Positions 26,045 through 36,573 of a stretch of 64,000 nucleotides of DNA are shown here, one piece after another. The translations under genes were made by a program, and so were the position numbers. Every line of letters begins with the position of its first letter. Position 1 is the first letter of the stretch. The DNA lies in assembly GCA_013003425.1 (NCBI GenBank), contig JABDJB010000016.1, forward strand, positions 26,104-90,103. The letters are read 5' to 3'. The notes under the pieces were generated by a model. The model was not told the DNA's origin, ran no database searches, and worked only from the letters and a program-made list of their open reading frames with translations. Source of the stretch: Gammaproteobacteria bacterium (GTDB taxonomy: Bacteria; Pseudomonadota; Gammaproteobacteria; Steroidobacterales; JABDKV01).

Positions 26045-26520
26045 GCGCCGCGCCGCAAGCTGTGGCAATCAACATCCGCCCAATGCGCCCGGCAGATATT
26101 ATGGAAGTGCATCGCATCGAGGCCAGGTCTTATCCGTTTCCCTGGAGTATCGGGATATTTCGCGACTGCCTGCAGGCCGGCTACCTGTGCCGGGTGCTTG
26201 ATACAGCTGACGGTCTGGCCGGTTACAGCGTGGTGTCAGTCGCGGCCGGTGAGGCGCATATCCTGAACCTCTGCATTCGTCAGCGGTGTCGCCGCCAGCA
26301 ACTCGGTAATCGGTTTTTGCAACACGTAATCGACGAAGTCAGACAGCTTGGCGTCATGCGGGCCATTCTCGAGGTGCGGCCGTCAAACGAAGCGGCCATC
26401 GGGCTGTACCAAAGCGCCGGTTTTACCCGGATTGGTTCGCGCCGTGATTACTATCCGGCGGTAACCGGCCGCGAGGACGCTCTGGTGCTGGCGCGTGAGC
26501 TGGGCCCGGCGACGGGCTGA
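26041..26520 (+). CDS. rimI: ribosomal-protein-alanine N-acetyltransferase
   Basis: 159-aa GNAT protein: IRPMRPADIMEVHRIE...RRQQLGNRFLQHV...LEVRPSNEAAIGLYQSAGF. Confidence 0.85.
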   Translation: MSAAPQAVAINIRPMRPADIMEVHRIEARSYPFPWSIGIFRDCLQAGYLCRVLDTADGLAGYSVVSVAAGEAHILNLCIRQRCRRQQLGNRFLQHVIDEVRQLGVMRAILEVRPSNEAAIGLYQSAGFTRIGSRRDYYPAVTGREDALVLARELGPATG

Positions 26521-26525
26521 AGCAG

Positions 26526-27785
26526 ATGTCGCGCCTGCTGCTGCGTCGTCCGGTGCTGTCATGGGCGTTGTACGACTGGGCTAACTCGGCCTTTGCTACA
26601 ACCGTGCTGGCCGGTCTGTTTCCGATTTTTTTCAAGCAATACTGGAACGCCGGCGTTGACGTTACGGTGTCCACCTTCAGGCTGGGTCTTGCCAACAGCG
26701 GGGCCGCCCTCGTGGTGGCCGTGCTGGCGCCGCTGCTCGGGGCGATTGCTGATCGTAGTGGCGCACGCAAACGAGGGCTGATTGTCTTTGCGCTGACCGG
26801 CGTCGTGGCGACCACACTGCTGTTTTTTATAGGCGCCGGCGGGTGGCTGGAAGCTGCAGTAGTCTTTGCCGCAGCGTCAGTCGGCTTTGCGCTGGCCAAT
26901 GTTTTTAATGACTCGATGCTGGTCGATGTTTCCGACCCGGCCGACATGGATGTGGTGTCCGGCTACGGCTACGCCCTGGGTTACCTGGGCGGCGGACTAC
27001 TGTTCGGCCTAAACGTTGTCATGGTGCTGCAGCCGGGCTGGTTCGGGCTGGATGCAAAAGATACGGCAGTGCGGTGGTCGTTTGTCACGGTTGCCATCTG
27101 GTGGGTAGTGTTCTCCATTCCGCTGGTGCTTTTTGTTGACGAAAAACCCACTGCAGACCGGGTGCCTCTGCGTGCGGCTGTCGGTGCAGGACTGCGTCAG
27201 CTGCGTGACACTGTGCGCCATCTTGGCAATTACAAGCCGGCGATGTTTTTCCTGCTGGCTTACTGGTTGTACATCGACGGCGTTTACACCGTTATCAAGC
27301 TGGCCGCCGACTACGGGCTGAGTCTCGGGTTTGCAGACACTGACCTGATAAAGGCGTTGTTGCTTACGCAATTTGTCGGTTTTCCGTCCGCACTGGCCTT
27401 TGGCTGGCTCGGCAGAAGAATCGGGGCGGACAGGGGTATCCTGATTGGCCTTGCGGTGTACCTGGCAACATCTGTCTGGGCCTACTTCCTGGCCAGCACC
27501 TGGCAGTTCTATGCGATGGCCGTCCTGATTGGCCTGGTACAGGGTGGCGTGCAGAGCCTGAGCCGCGCCTATTTTGGCCGGCTGATTCCAGCGGATATGT
27601 CCGGGGAATTTTTCGGTCTGTTCAACATGGTGGGACGCTTCGCCGCGGTAATCGGGCCGGTGCTGGCAGGAACGGTTGTGTTGCTGACCGGTAACGCCCG
27701 GCTGGAAATACTGGCCATCGTTCCGCTGTTTGTTGCAGGTGCGGGATTGCTGCTGCTGGTGCGTACCGAGGCCGGGCGCGCCTGA
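26526..27785 (+). CDS. MFS transporter (UMF1/Atg22-like family)
   Basis: 419 aa with about 12 TM helices. N-terminus SWALYDWANSAFATTV is typical of UMF1. Confidence 0.8.
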   Translation: MSRLLLRRPVLSWALYDWANSAFATTVLAGLFPIFFKQYWNAGVDVTVSTFRLGLANSGAALVVAVLAPLLGAIADRSGARKRGLIVFALTGVVATTLLFFIGAGGWLEAAVVFAAASVGFALANVFNDSMLVDVSDPADMDVVSGYGYALGYLGGGLLFGLNVVMVLQPGWFGLDAKDTAVRWSFVTVAIWWVVFSIPLVLFVDEKPTADRVPLRAAVGAGLRQLRDTVRHLGNYKPAMFFLLAYWLYIDGVYTVIKLAADYGLSLGFADTDLIKALLLTQFVGFPSALAFGWLGRRIGADRGILIGLAVYLATSVWAYFLASTWQFYAMAVLIGLVQGGVQSLSRAYFGRLIPADMSGEFFGLFNMVGRFAAVIGPVLAGTVVLLTGNARLEILAIVPLFVAGAGLLLLVRTEAGRA

Positions 27786-29780
27786 TCAGACGCGCAGGGC
27801 ACGAACCGCCCGGCGCAGGTCCGCTATGCGACTGTCGTTGTCTTCCGGGAAATATCGCAGCGATACATACAGGCGGGTGACTTCCTCCACCGGTGCCGCG
27901 ATTGCCGGATGCGCCAGCATGACACGGCGGGCGAAATCGAGCGGGCCCTCGTGATCCGCGCGGGCACCGGCGACACGTTCGAGCTTGCGGCAAAAACGGG
28001 CGTAGATGCGGGCGCACGGGTCGGCCGGTGAGGGCCGCGACTGCCACAACATGTGAGCTGCAATAATCGCCATAACTGCGGTTATCAGTCCGATCATGGC
28101 CAGCAGCATTTTCTGCAAATTCGGACGTTTCATGCCCAGAGCACGCAGCAGGCTACGCTGTTCCTGGCGGCTGAAGCCAAGCACCCACTGGTTCCAGCCG
28201 TTGTTCACGGCGTCCCAGCCAAACTGCAGCTGGCGCAGCCAGTCGTAGCTGCGAAACAGGCCGGGCAGCTGTTCGCCGTCTGGCAGGGCGCCGGCCACGC
28301 CGGATTCGACCCGCTCGGGGGCAACGGCAGCGGTAGGATCTACCCGAATCCAGCCGCGACCGTCCAGCCACACTTCGCTCCACGCATGTGCGTCCGACTG
28401 ACGCACAGTCAGGTGACGGCTGAACGGATTGAGTTCGCCACCCTGGTAACCGAGCACCACACGCGCTGGAACGCCGGCGGCGCGCATCATCAGGGTAAAC
28501 GCCGAGGCATAGTGCTCGCAGAAACCTCGCCGCGTATTGAACAGAAAGTCATCGACGGGGTCGGTTCTGCTCAGGGCGGGCGGCGTCAGCGTGTAGACAA
28601 ATTCCTGTACACGGAACTGGCGCAGGATGCGTTCTACAACTGCGGCCGGGTCGCCGGTTTCAGCCAGCCATTGCTGTGCCAGCGCCTGGGCGCGGCGGTT
28701 GGTGCGCTGTGGAAACTGCCGGTCTCGCTGCAGGGTCCAGTGATTCGGTCCGACATCGGCATTGGCGCGATGCTGTGGCCAGGATTGCAGCCGATACTGG
28801 AAAAGCTGCGTCACCGGTTCGGCACGCACCAGGCGCAGGTCGCTGGTCATGTAGGAGCGTCGCGGCAGATCGCCCGGGTCAGTCTGTTCGAGGGCAAACA
28901 GCCAGTTGCGATAGTTTGGTTCCAGCGTGACTTCGTAGCTGACCGATGGGCCGATCAGTTCGATACTGGATTCCTGAACCTCGCGGTCATGCTGCTGAAA
29001 AATAGACCAGCTGCGCCCGTCAAAGTTGCTTAGCACCGGACCGCGCCAGTAGCGCTGTTCCGGTGGTGGCGGATCGTCATCAAACGCGACGCGAAAGGCG
29101 ACGGCATCGGACTGCAGCAGCCGCGTAATACTGCCAGGCTGCATCGTGTCACTGAGGCCGGTGAGCGCCGTGTTGTCGCCGCGGGGTATGGACCAGAACG
29201 GGCCCGACATCCGCGGAAACAGTACAAAGGCTATCAGCATGACCGGCACTGCGTGCGCCAGCAGTATGCCGGAGCGTGCGAACGCCTTGCGCCACGGCAT
29301 GGTTGGCGCGGCACTGCTTACCTGCGAAAGTGCGGTAGTGATCAGCCAGATCGTTGGGAATGCATAGAGTGCAATCATGATCGACTGACCGAACAGAAAT
29401 TGCGTGACTATCAGGAAATAACTGATGAGCAGCAAAACGATTAGATCACGCACCGACTTTGTTTCCGTCAGTTTGAGCGCGGCCATAACCACCAGCAGTG
29501 TGCTGCCGGCATCGAGACCGGTGATGGTGCCGTAGCTGACGAAGACACCGGCAAATCCGGCAAACGCCAGCACCAGCCGCACCACGGTTCCCGGTAACGC
29601 CAGGCGGCCCTGCTGCGCTGCCAGCCGCCAGAGCATGGTTGTCACCATCAGGCCAGGCGACCATAGCGGCAGGTGCAGCAGATGCGGGCCGGCAGCAGCC
29701 GCCAGGCAGGCAAGCGTCCACAGCAGTCTGGGTGTGTCCAGTGCGCGCGCGTTCACATCAAAGCCAGTGCGGTCAGGCAA
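27786..29780 (-). CDS. tgpA: transglutaminase TgpA family protein (DUF3488 membrane domain plus transglutaminase core)
   Basis: N-terminal multi-TM region and core RRGFCEHYASAFTLMMRAAGVPARVVLGYQGGE...DAHAWSEVW (Cys-His-Asp type). The start may instead be GTG 29756, which forms a GTGA overlap with DUF58. Confidence 0.88.
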   Translation of the reverse strand: MPDRTGFDVNARALDTPRLLWTLACLAAAAGPHLLHLPLWSPGLMVTTMLWRLAAQQGRLALPGTVVRLVLAFAGFAGVFVSYGTITGLDAGSTLLVVMAALKLTETKSVRDLIVLLLISYFLIVTQFLFGQSIMIALYAFPTIWLITTALSQVSSAAPTMPWRKAFARSGILLAHAVPVMLIAFVLFPRMSGPFWSIPRGDNTALTGLSDTMQPGSITRLLQSDAVAFRVAFDDDPPPPEQRYWRGPVLSNFDGRSWSIFQQHDREVQESSIELIGPSVSYEVTLEPNYRNWLFALEQTDPGDLPRRSYMTSDLRLVRAEPVTQLFQYRLQSWPQHRANADVGPNHWTLQRDRQFPQRTNRRAQALAQQWLAETGDPAAVVERILRQFRVQEFVYTLTPPALSRTDPVDDFLFNTRRGFCEHYASAFTLMMRAAGVPARVVLGYQGGELNPFSRHLTVRQSDAHAWSEVWLDGRGWIRVDPTAAVAPERVESGVAGALPDGEQLPGLFRSYDWLRQLQFGWDAVNNGWNQWVLGFSRQEQRSLLRALGMKRPNLQKMLLAMIGLITAVMAIIAAHMLWQSRPSPADPCARIYARFCRKLERVAGARADHEGPLDFARRVMLAHPAIAAPVEEVTRLYVSLRYFPEDNDSRIADLRRAVRALRV

Positions 29781-30721
29781 CGGTCACGGTGCGCCGGGCC
29801 CACCTCCGGCGCAAAGCTTTCACCGGGCAGGCGCAGGCCCCACGCGGTGTCACTCAGGTGGGCATCGACAATCCACCGGCTCAGTTGCGCCAGCCGTGCT
29901 TCGAGTCCCATCTGATCGAGGCTGTCAAAATCAAACCAGTGCGATGCCACGTCGGTTCCGGCGTACTGTTTGACCAGCAGCTCTTCGCTGCGGGCGAAAG
30001 ATTTCCATGCGATGTGTCTTGGTGGGTCGCCCGGTCGATAGTTACGCAGGCCGGCGAAGTCGGCATCGCCGGCGCTGTCGTCACTGGCGCCGCCGGTGTC
30101 GGTGTGTTGCGGTGGTGGCGTCAGGCCTGCCGGTGCGGGACGGGGATACACCACTGTATGCCAGCGTGGATGAATCCACGCCCAGCAATGGAACAGGCCG
30201 AGCGGAAAGCTGGTAAAGACGCTGAAGCGGTCCAGTTCGAGACGTCCGCGACGTGTAGTCGGCACTTCAAGGACCAGCGTCTCGTGTTCGCCCGGTTCAA
30301 GATGAATAGTTTGCGTTACATGGTCATGGCAACGCAGGGTCAGGCCCAGCCGAGGTACGGCAGTGTCGTTTACCAGCGTGATGCGAAATTTTGCCCGGTC
30401 GCCGGCAAAAGCGGGTTCGTCTCCGCCATAGCGAATTTTCAGACCGGCCAGGTTGCGATGGCAGTGGTGCATCGTTACGAGCGCGATGCCGGCCATCAGG
30501 AATGTTACCGCCAGGCCGAGGCTGTTGTTGTAGTTCATCGCACCGACCAGCATTGCGATGATCAGGAAGCCAAAGGCAATGCCCTGGGCGTTGGGCAGGA
30601 TGTAGATGCGACCGCTGTGCAGTCGCAGCTGGTCGTCGTCGCTGCCCTGACGGCGCTTTGCCCAGCGCCGCACGCGCTCGCGCAGTCCGGGGAGTCTCTG
30701 CTGTGGGCTGGCTGTTGCCAC
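29753..30721 (-). CDS. DUF58 domain-containing protein
   Basis: 322 aa with an N-terminal TM hairpin and FAGLRNYRPGDPPRHIAWK, the DUF58 hallmark. Lies between moxR and tgpA. Confidence 0.85.
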   Translation of the reverse strand: MATASPQQRLPGLRERVRRWAKRRQGSDDDQLRLHSGRIYILPNAQGIAFGFLIIAMLVGAMNYNNSLGLAVTFLMAGIALVTMHHCHRNLAGLKIRYGGDEPAFAGDRAKFRITLVNDTAVPRLGLTLRCHDHVTQTIHLEPGEHETLVLEVPTTRRGRLELDRFSVFTSFPLGLFHCWAWIHPRWHTVVYPRPAPAGLTPPPQHTDTGGASDDSAGDADFAGLRNYRPGDPPRHIAWKSFARSEELLVKQYAGTDVASHWFDFDSLDQMGLEARLAQLSRWIVDAHLSDTAWGLRLPGESFAPEVGPAHRDRCLTALALM

Positions 30722-30727
30722 CGCGGG

Positions 30728-31699
30728 TCAGGGTATTGGCACGCCCGTCAGGACGAACTCGCCGATCTCTGCGGGCGTCTGTGGAGCGGATTCGTCTCGT
30801 GGAGGCAGCCGGTGCGGGATTACCGCAGGTAGCACAGCCTGCACGTCTTCGGGCATGACGCCGCCGTGACCCGCCATCAGCGCCCAGGCCTGCGCTGCCC
30901 GCAGCAGGACAATGGCGGCGCGCGGCGACAGACCGCTGCTGAATGCTGCTGATTCGCGCGTAAATGCAACGATATCCTGCAGGTACCGCACCAGGGCATC
31001 CGAAGCGTGCAGCTGAGTCAGCGCCTGCTGCAGGCTGAGCATCGTTTCGATGTCGATCGCGGGGGCGAGGTCGGCCAGGATATCGCGACGGTCGCGGCCG
31101 GTGAGCAACTCGCGTTCGACGCTGGCGTCCGGGTAACCGAGTTGTATACGCATCAGAAAGCGATCGAGTTGCGATTCCGGTAGCGGAAAAGTTCCAATCT
31201 GGTATGTAGGATTCTGCGTTGCGACGACGAAAAACGGCGACGGCAGAGGGTATGTCCTGCCGTCAGCGGTTACCTGGTTTTCTTCCATCGCTTCGAGCAG
31301 CGCGCTTTGCGTCTTTGGCGTGGCGCGGTTGATTTCGTCAGCCAGGACCAGCTGGGAAAAAACCGGTCCCGGGTGAAAGCGGAAGTCGCCACTGTCCCTT
31401 TCAAATATCGAGACACCGACGATATCGGCCGGCAGCAGGTCACTGGTGAACTGGATACGCTGATAGCTCAGTCCCAGTGTGCGCGCCAGGGCATGGGCGA
31501 GGGTGGTCTTGCCAACACCCGGTATGTCTTCGATCAGCAGGTGTCCACGAGCCAGCAGGCAGGCAACAGCGAGACGAATCTGCTGCTCTTTGCCGAGGAT
31601 TACCGAGCCAAGCTGCGTGACGACATTTTCGAGGCGCCGCGTGGCGTCATTCATCGTGCCATGTTCCAGTGCCGGGGTGGTGGTCATGAGGTCAGCCAT
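30728..31699 (-). CDS. MoxR-family AAA+ ATPase
   Basis: Walker A GVPGVGKTTLA, Walker B LADEINRATP and VVATQNP motifs. Confidence 0.92.
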   Translation of the reverse strand: MADLMTTTPALEHGTMNDATRRLENVVTQLGSVILGKEQQIRLAVACLLARGHLLIEDIPGVGKTTLAHALARTLGLSYQRIQFTSDLLPADIVGVSIFERDSGDFRFHPGPVFSQLVLADEINRATPKTQSALLEAMEENQVTADGRTYPLPSPFFVVATQNPTYQIGTFPLPESQLDRFLMRIQLGYPDASVERELLTGRDRRDILADLAPAIDIETMLSLQQALTQLHASDALVRYLQDIVAFTRESAAFSSGLSPRAAIVLLRAAQAWALMAGHGGVMPEDVQAVLPAVIPHRLPPRDESAPQTPAEIGEFVLTGVPIP

Positions 31700-31725
31700 T
31701 CCTGCTTGCTCAACACGTATCTCAA

Positions 31726-34509
31726 TCAGCTATTGTCAACCAGCAGCTGACGCACTCGTGTGACCTGTGTCTCTAAATCAGCCAGGGACTCACGCTGGCT
31801 GGCAACGCGCTGGCGGATTTCATCAACAATTTCGCCAGGCGCATTATCGACAAAATTCGGGTTAGCCAGTTTTTTCTCGCCAGCAGCCGTTTCACGGGCC
31901 AGCTTCTCACGCTTGCGTTCCAGTCGCTCCAGCTCAGCCTGCGGTTCTATCAGGCCGGCCATTGGTACCAGGATTTTCATTTTGCCATGTAATGCAACGG
32001 CAGCCGGTGGCGGCGTGTCGGCGGCGTCCAGCAGTTCAATCTGTTCCAGCCGGGCGAGGCTCTTCAGGTAAAGCCGGTGCTGTTCCAGGCTGCGCCGGTC
32101 ACCAGGCCCGTGGTCCTGTAACAGTACCGGCAGCGCGCGCTTCGGGCTGATATCCATTTCGCCGCGAATCTGCCTGATTCCGAGTATGAAGCGGCGAATC
32201 CATGCAACCTCGGCTTCCGCTTCCTCATCACGAGCAAAATCACCCGTCGCCGGATACGGCTGGTTCATTACCGTGGTGCCACTCTTGCCTGCAACTGGCG
32301 CGATACGCCGCCAGATGTCCTCGGTGACAAACGGCATGATCGGGTGAAGCGCGCGCATCAGCGCCTCGAGACTGTGGGCCAGGGTGCGGCGCGTGCCGCG
32401 CTGCAGTTCCGCAGTAGCCGTGTCCGACTGCAGCACGGGCTTGGACAGCTCGAGATACCAGTCGCAGAATTCGTTCCAGCTGAATTCGTACAGAACACGC
32501 GCGGCAAGATCAAAGCGATAGGCTTCGATGTGTTCCCGCGTTGCAGTAATGGCCGCCGCCAGCCGCGATCGAATCCAGCGGTCGGCCAGCGAATATTCGA
32601 CGGCGCCGGTACTGCAGTCAGCTGATTCGGTGTTCATCAGTACATAGCGCGACGCATTCCAGAGCTTGTTGCAGAAATTGCGGTATCCCTCTATCCGCCC
32701 GAGATCGAAACGAATGTCGCGGCCGGTGGTTGCCAGCGACGCATAGGTGAAGCGCAGCGCGTCCGTGCCAAATGCAGGAATGCCATCGCGGAACTGCTTT
32801 CGCGTGGATTTTTCTATTTTCTTCTTCAGGTGCGGCTGCATCAGGTGTGCAGTGCGCTTCTGCAGCAAGTCGTCCAGCTCAATGCCGTCGATAAGGTCCA
32901 GCGGGTCGAGCACGTTGCCCTTGGCTTTTGACATCTTTTGTCCGTCTTCATCGCGGATCAGGCCATGGATGTAGACCTCGCGGAACGGGACGTCGCCCAT
33001 AAACTTCAGCCCCATCATGATCATCCGGGCGACCCAGAAAAAGATGATGTCGAAGCCGGTTACCAGCACAGACGTCGGGTAATAGGTGGCCAGTTCCGGC
33101 GTGCGCTGTGGCCATCCAAGGGTCGAAAAGGGCCACAGCGCCGAAGAAAACCAGGTGTCGAGCACATCCTCGTCCTGGCGCAGTGGCAGGTCGTCGGCCA
33201 GTCCGTTTCGGGCGCGGATTTCCTGTTCGTCGCGACCCACGTAGACATTTTCCTCGTCGTCGTACCATGCCGGAATACGATGACCCCACCACAGCTGGCG
33301 GCTGATGCACCAGTCCTGGATGTTGTACATCCAGTCGAAATAGGTTTTGGCCCAGTTGCCGGGTACAAAGCGAATATCGCCATTTTCCACGGCCGCAATT
33401 GCCGGCTTTGCCAGCGGTTCGGCACGGACGTACCACTGGTCAGTCAGGTACGGCTCGACCACCTCGCCGCTGCGGTCACCACGCGGCACCTTGAGCTTGT
33501 GTGGTTCGATTTTTTCCAGCAGTCCGAGCTGTTCAATATCTGTGACGATGCGGTCGCGCGCATCAAATCGTTCCATGCCGCGATAGGGTTCCGGCACCTG
33601 GTCGTTCAGTCTTGCATCATCGGTGAGGATGTTGATCATCGGCAGGGCATGGCGCTGGCCGATTTCATAGTCGTTAAAGTCATGGGCCGGTGTGATCTTC
33701 ACGCAGCCACTGCCAAACTCCGGATCGACATAGTCATCGGCAATTATCGGGATCGTCCGCCCGGTCAGTGGCAACTCCACTTCTTTGCCGACCAGGTCGC
33801 GATAGCGCTCGTCGTCCGGGTGTACCGCCACCGCGGTATCTCCGAGCATTGTTTCCGGACGTGTTGTGGCGACAACCAGCCAGCGTGGTTCTGTCGCACC
33901 GCATAGCGGATAACGAAAATGCCAAAGCTTGCCGTCTTCCTCCTCGGACAGCACCTCGAGATCGGACAGCGCGGTGTGCAGCACCGGGTCCCAGTTGACC
34001 AGCCGTTTGCCGCGGTAAATGAGGCCGTCCTCGTGCAGCCGCACAAACACTTCGATGACGGCACGTGACAGGCCTTCATCCATCGTGAACCGTTCACGCG
34101 ACCAGTCGACCGAGGCACCCAGTCGGCGCAACTGGTTGGAGATGGTGCCGCCGGAATGTTCCTTCCATTGCCAGACGCGCTCGAGGAACGCTTCGCGACC
34201 GAGCTCGCGCCGGGTTTTTCCTTCGGCATTAAGCTGGCGTTCGACCACCATCTGGGTTGCGATGCCGGCATGGTCAGTGCCCGGCTGCCACAGGGTGTCA
34301 CGGCCGGTCATGCGGTGATAACGCGTAAGCGTGTCCATGATCGTGTCCTGGAACGCGTGACCCATGTGCAGCGTGCCGGTAACGTTTGGCGGCGGAATCA
34401 TGATGCAGTAGGGGTCGCCCTTGCCGGAGGGCCTGAAATGGCCATTCCGCTCCCAGAACTGGTAGCAATCAGTTTCGATACGCGCCGGGTCGTAGGTCTT
34501 TTCCATCAT
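31726..34509 (-). CDS. valS: valine--tRNA ligase
   Basis: 927 aa with [13 protein letters not shown] and KMSKAKGN class I signatures and a C-terminal coiled coil. Confidence 0.96.
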   Translation of the reverse strand: MMEKTYDPARIETDCYQFWERNGHFRPSGKGDPYCIMIPPPNVTGTLHMGHAFQDTIMDTLTRYHRMTGRDTLWQPGTDHAGIATQMVVERQLNAEGKTRRELGREAFLERVWQWKEHSGGTISNQLRRLGASVDWSRERFTMDEGLSRAVIEVFVRLHEDGLIYRGKRLVNWDPVLHTALSDLEVLSEEEDGKLWHFRYPLCGATEPRWLVVATTRPETMLGDTAVAVHPDDERYRDLVGKEVELPLTGRTIPIIADDYVDPEFGSGCVKITPAHDFNDYEIGQRHALPMINILTDDARLNDQVPEPYRGMERFDARDRIVTDIEQLGLLEKIEPHKLKVPRGDRSGEVVEPYLTDQWYVRAEPLAKPAIAAVENGDIRFVPGNWAKTYFDWMYNIQDWCISRQLWWGHRIPAWYDDEENVYVGRDEQEIRARNGLADDLPLRQDEDVLDTWFSSALWPFSTLGWPQRTPELATYYPTSVLVTGFDIIFFWVARMIMMGLKFMGDVPFREVYIHGLIRDEDGQKMSKAKGNVLDPLDLIDGIELDDLLQKRTAHLMQPHLKKKIEKSTRKQFRDGIPAFGTDALRFTYASLATTGRDIRFDLGRIEGYRNFCNKLWNASRYVLMNTESADCSTGAVEYSLADRWIRSRLAAAITATREHIEAYRFDLAARVLYEFSWNEFCDWYLELSKPVLQSDTATAELQRGTRRTLAHSLEALMRALHPIMPFVTEDIWRRIAPVAGKSGTTVMNQPYPATGDFARDEEAEAEVAWIRRFILGIRQIRGEMDISPKRALPVLLQDHGPGDRRSLEQHRLYLKSLARLEQIELLDAADTPPPAAVALHGKMKILVPMAGLIEPQAELERLERKREKLARETAAGEKKLANPNFVDNAPGEIVDEIRQRVASQRESLADLETQVTRVRQLLVDNS

Positions 34510-34563
34510 CGGCGCAGTATACCGGCCCCGGCGCCGTCGGTGGTGGCGGCCAAAAGCCGGTGC

Positions 34564-34992
34564 CTAGCGGATATTGTGGGATTCGAGCTGGTAGCCGCGA
34601 TCGCGGTAGAAACGGAAGCGCTCGCGACCGGCCTTGCGCCGATCGTCGTGATTGTCGACCAATTCGGCAACGCGCTCGAAGCGACTGAACCAGGTTGGCA
34701 CCTCGGGGCTGAGGTTAATCAACAGGTCGAGCTCGGTGTCGGGTTCGCTGTCGTTGCCGATTAGCGCGGCGAGCCTCGCACTTTCAGCAGCCGGCGCAAT
34801 CGCGTGTGGCAAAAAACTGATGTCGCGGAACGTCCACAGCAGCTCGTCCAGCCGGGCAGCCTGGTCTGGTGTTGCGGTGTTTATGAAACAGCGCATCCCG
34901 CGTCCCCACGCCTTGTCTACCAGCCGGCAGGCAAAGCGCTGCAGGCCGTCACCTGAGTCGTCATCGAGTATGTAGAAATCGACGCGAGTCAC
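34564..34992 (-). CDS. holC: DNA polymerase III subunit chi
   Basis: 142 aa, MTRVDFYILDDDS...ACRLVDKAW...LDELLWTF. Lies between pepA and valS, as in E. coli. Confidence 0.88.
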   Translation of the reverse strand: MTRVDFYILDDDSGDGLQRFACRLVDKAWGRGMRCFINTATPDQAARLDELLWTFRDISFLPHAIAPAAESARLAALIGNDSEPDTELDLLINLSPEVPTWFSRFERVAELVDNHDDRRKAGRERFRFYRDRGYQLESHNIR

Positions 34993-36479
34993 TCGGCACG
35001 TGCGCGATCGATCAGAAACTGTGACAACAAGCCAACCGGCCGGCCGGTAGCGCCTTTCTGGTCACCCGATTTCCAGGCGCTGCCGGCAATATCCAGGTGC
35101 GCCCAGTTCAGCCCGTCGGCAAATTTTTGCAGGAAGCAACCGGCGGTAATTGCACCGCCGGGTTTGCCGCCAACATTTGCGAAGTCTGCAAAGTTGCTCT
35201 TCAGGCTTTCTGCGTACTCGGGTGTGAGAGGTAACGGCCATGCAACATCACCGGCGCGACGGCCCGCATCCAGCAGCTCGTCTGCCAGATCCTGGTGCGG
35301 CGTCATCAGACCGCTGTGGTGGGCGCCAAGTGCAATGACGCAGGCGCCGGTTAGCGTGGCGATGTCGATGACAGTGTCCGGATTGAACTTGCGCGAATAA
35401 GTCAGGGCATCACACAGGATAAGCCTTCCTTCCGCATCGGTATTGAGAATTTCCACGGTTTGACCGGACATGGTTTCAACAATGTCGCCCGGGCGGGTGG
35501 CCGAACCGCTTGGCATGTTCTCGCAGGCCGGCACGATGCCAACGACATTGATCGGCAGACGCATCCTGGCCAGTGCGAGCATGGTGCCGAAAACGCTGGC
35601 GGCGCCACACATGTCGAATTTCATTTCGTCCATCGCGGCCGCCGGCTTGATGGATATGCCGCCGGTATCAAACGTGATGCCTTTTCCGACCAGTGCAATG
35701 GGCGCATCGTCGCCCCCACCGGAGTATTCCATCACTATAAGCTGTGGCGGTGCGTCGGCACCGGCAGTTACGCTGAGAAATGCGCCCATACCATGGCGTT
35801 TCATCGCCGCGCGATCCAGGACTTTTGTCGTAACGCTCTTGTAGCGTTTCGCCAACTGGCGACCGGTATCGGCCAGGTGTGCGGGCGTGCAGACGTTGGC
35901 CGGGCGATTACCGAGAGTGCGCGCCAGCGCAACACCCGCATTAATCGCAGCGGCGTCTTTCAATGCGCGGTCCATCTCGGTTGCCGCATTGCGATCTGCT
36001 CCCGCGACGCCGAGTTTCTTGAGTTTGGGTCGCTTGTCTTTTTTCGACTTGAGTTCATCGAAGCGGTAGAAGGCGCTGTCAAAGTCATGCGCGGTCAGTC
36101 GCGCAACAGCGTAGCCATCGAGTCCGTCAACTGTTTCCCGTGTCAGAAAGCTGATGGCGCTGGCCGCTCCGGTCTTCGCCAGTGCTGCAGCCGCTGCGGC
36201 ATTGGCAGAGCGCAACTGGCGGGCGCCGAATTCTTTCTTTTTACCCAGGCCCACGAGCAGCACACGTTTGCACGACACACCCGGTAGCCGGCCGAGCAGC
36301 AACGTAGCGCCGGGTCTGCCGTCGATGTCGCCGCTGCTGATAGCTGCTGAAACTGCCTTGCCTGAAGCGACATCGAGGGCGGCTGCATCTGCACTGAGAC
36401 GGCGAGCCTGATAGATGCCGACGATGGCGCAGTCGGTACGTTGCCGCGCCGGGCCGGCGCTGGTCGTATGAAAATCCAT
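34989..36479 (-). CDS. pepA: leucyl aminopeptidase
   Basis: M17 motifs VGKGITFDTGGISIKP and NTDAEGRL. Starts at ATG 36479 (MDFHTTSAG), preceded by GGGAGA. Confidence 0.94.
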   Translation of the reverse strand: MDFHTTSAGPARQRTDCAIVGIYQARRLSADAAALDVASGKAVSAAISSGDIDGRPGATLLLGRLPGVSCKRVLLVGLGKKKEFGARQLRSANAAAAAALAKTGAASAISFLTRETVDGLDGYAVARLTAHDFDSAFYRFDELKSKKDKRPKLKKLGVAGADRNAATEMDRALKDAAAINAGVALARTLGNRPANVCTPAHLADTGRQLAKRYKSVTTKVLDRAAMKRHGMGAFLSVTAGADAPPQLIVMEYSGGGDDAPIALVGKGITFDTGGISIKPAAAMDEMKFDMCGAASVFGTMLALARMRLPINVVGIVPACENMPSGSATRPGDIVETMSGQTVEILNTDAEGRLILCDALTYSRKFNPDTVIDIATLTGACVIALGAHHSGLMTPHQDLADELLDAGRRAGDVAWPLPLTPEYAESLKSNFADFANVGGKPGGAITAGCFLQKFADGLNWAHLDIAGSAWKSGDQKGATGRPVGLLSQFLIDRARAE

Positions 36480-36573
36480 TGAATCTCCCGGGGTGGTACG
36501 AGTGGCGGCCTTCAGGCCGTCGTACAATGGCGCCGTAGTTTACAGTAAGGCCCTTTCCTGTGGAACCTGGCTT

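Noticed and set aside
29639-30832. 397-aa plus-strand ORF (and the similar ORF at 28053..29033)
   Set aside because: Both are antisense to the DUF58 and tgpA genes, which carry clear family motifs. Their composition is typical of non-coding frames in high-GC DNA.
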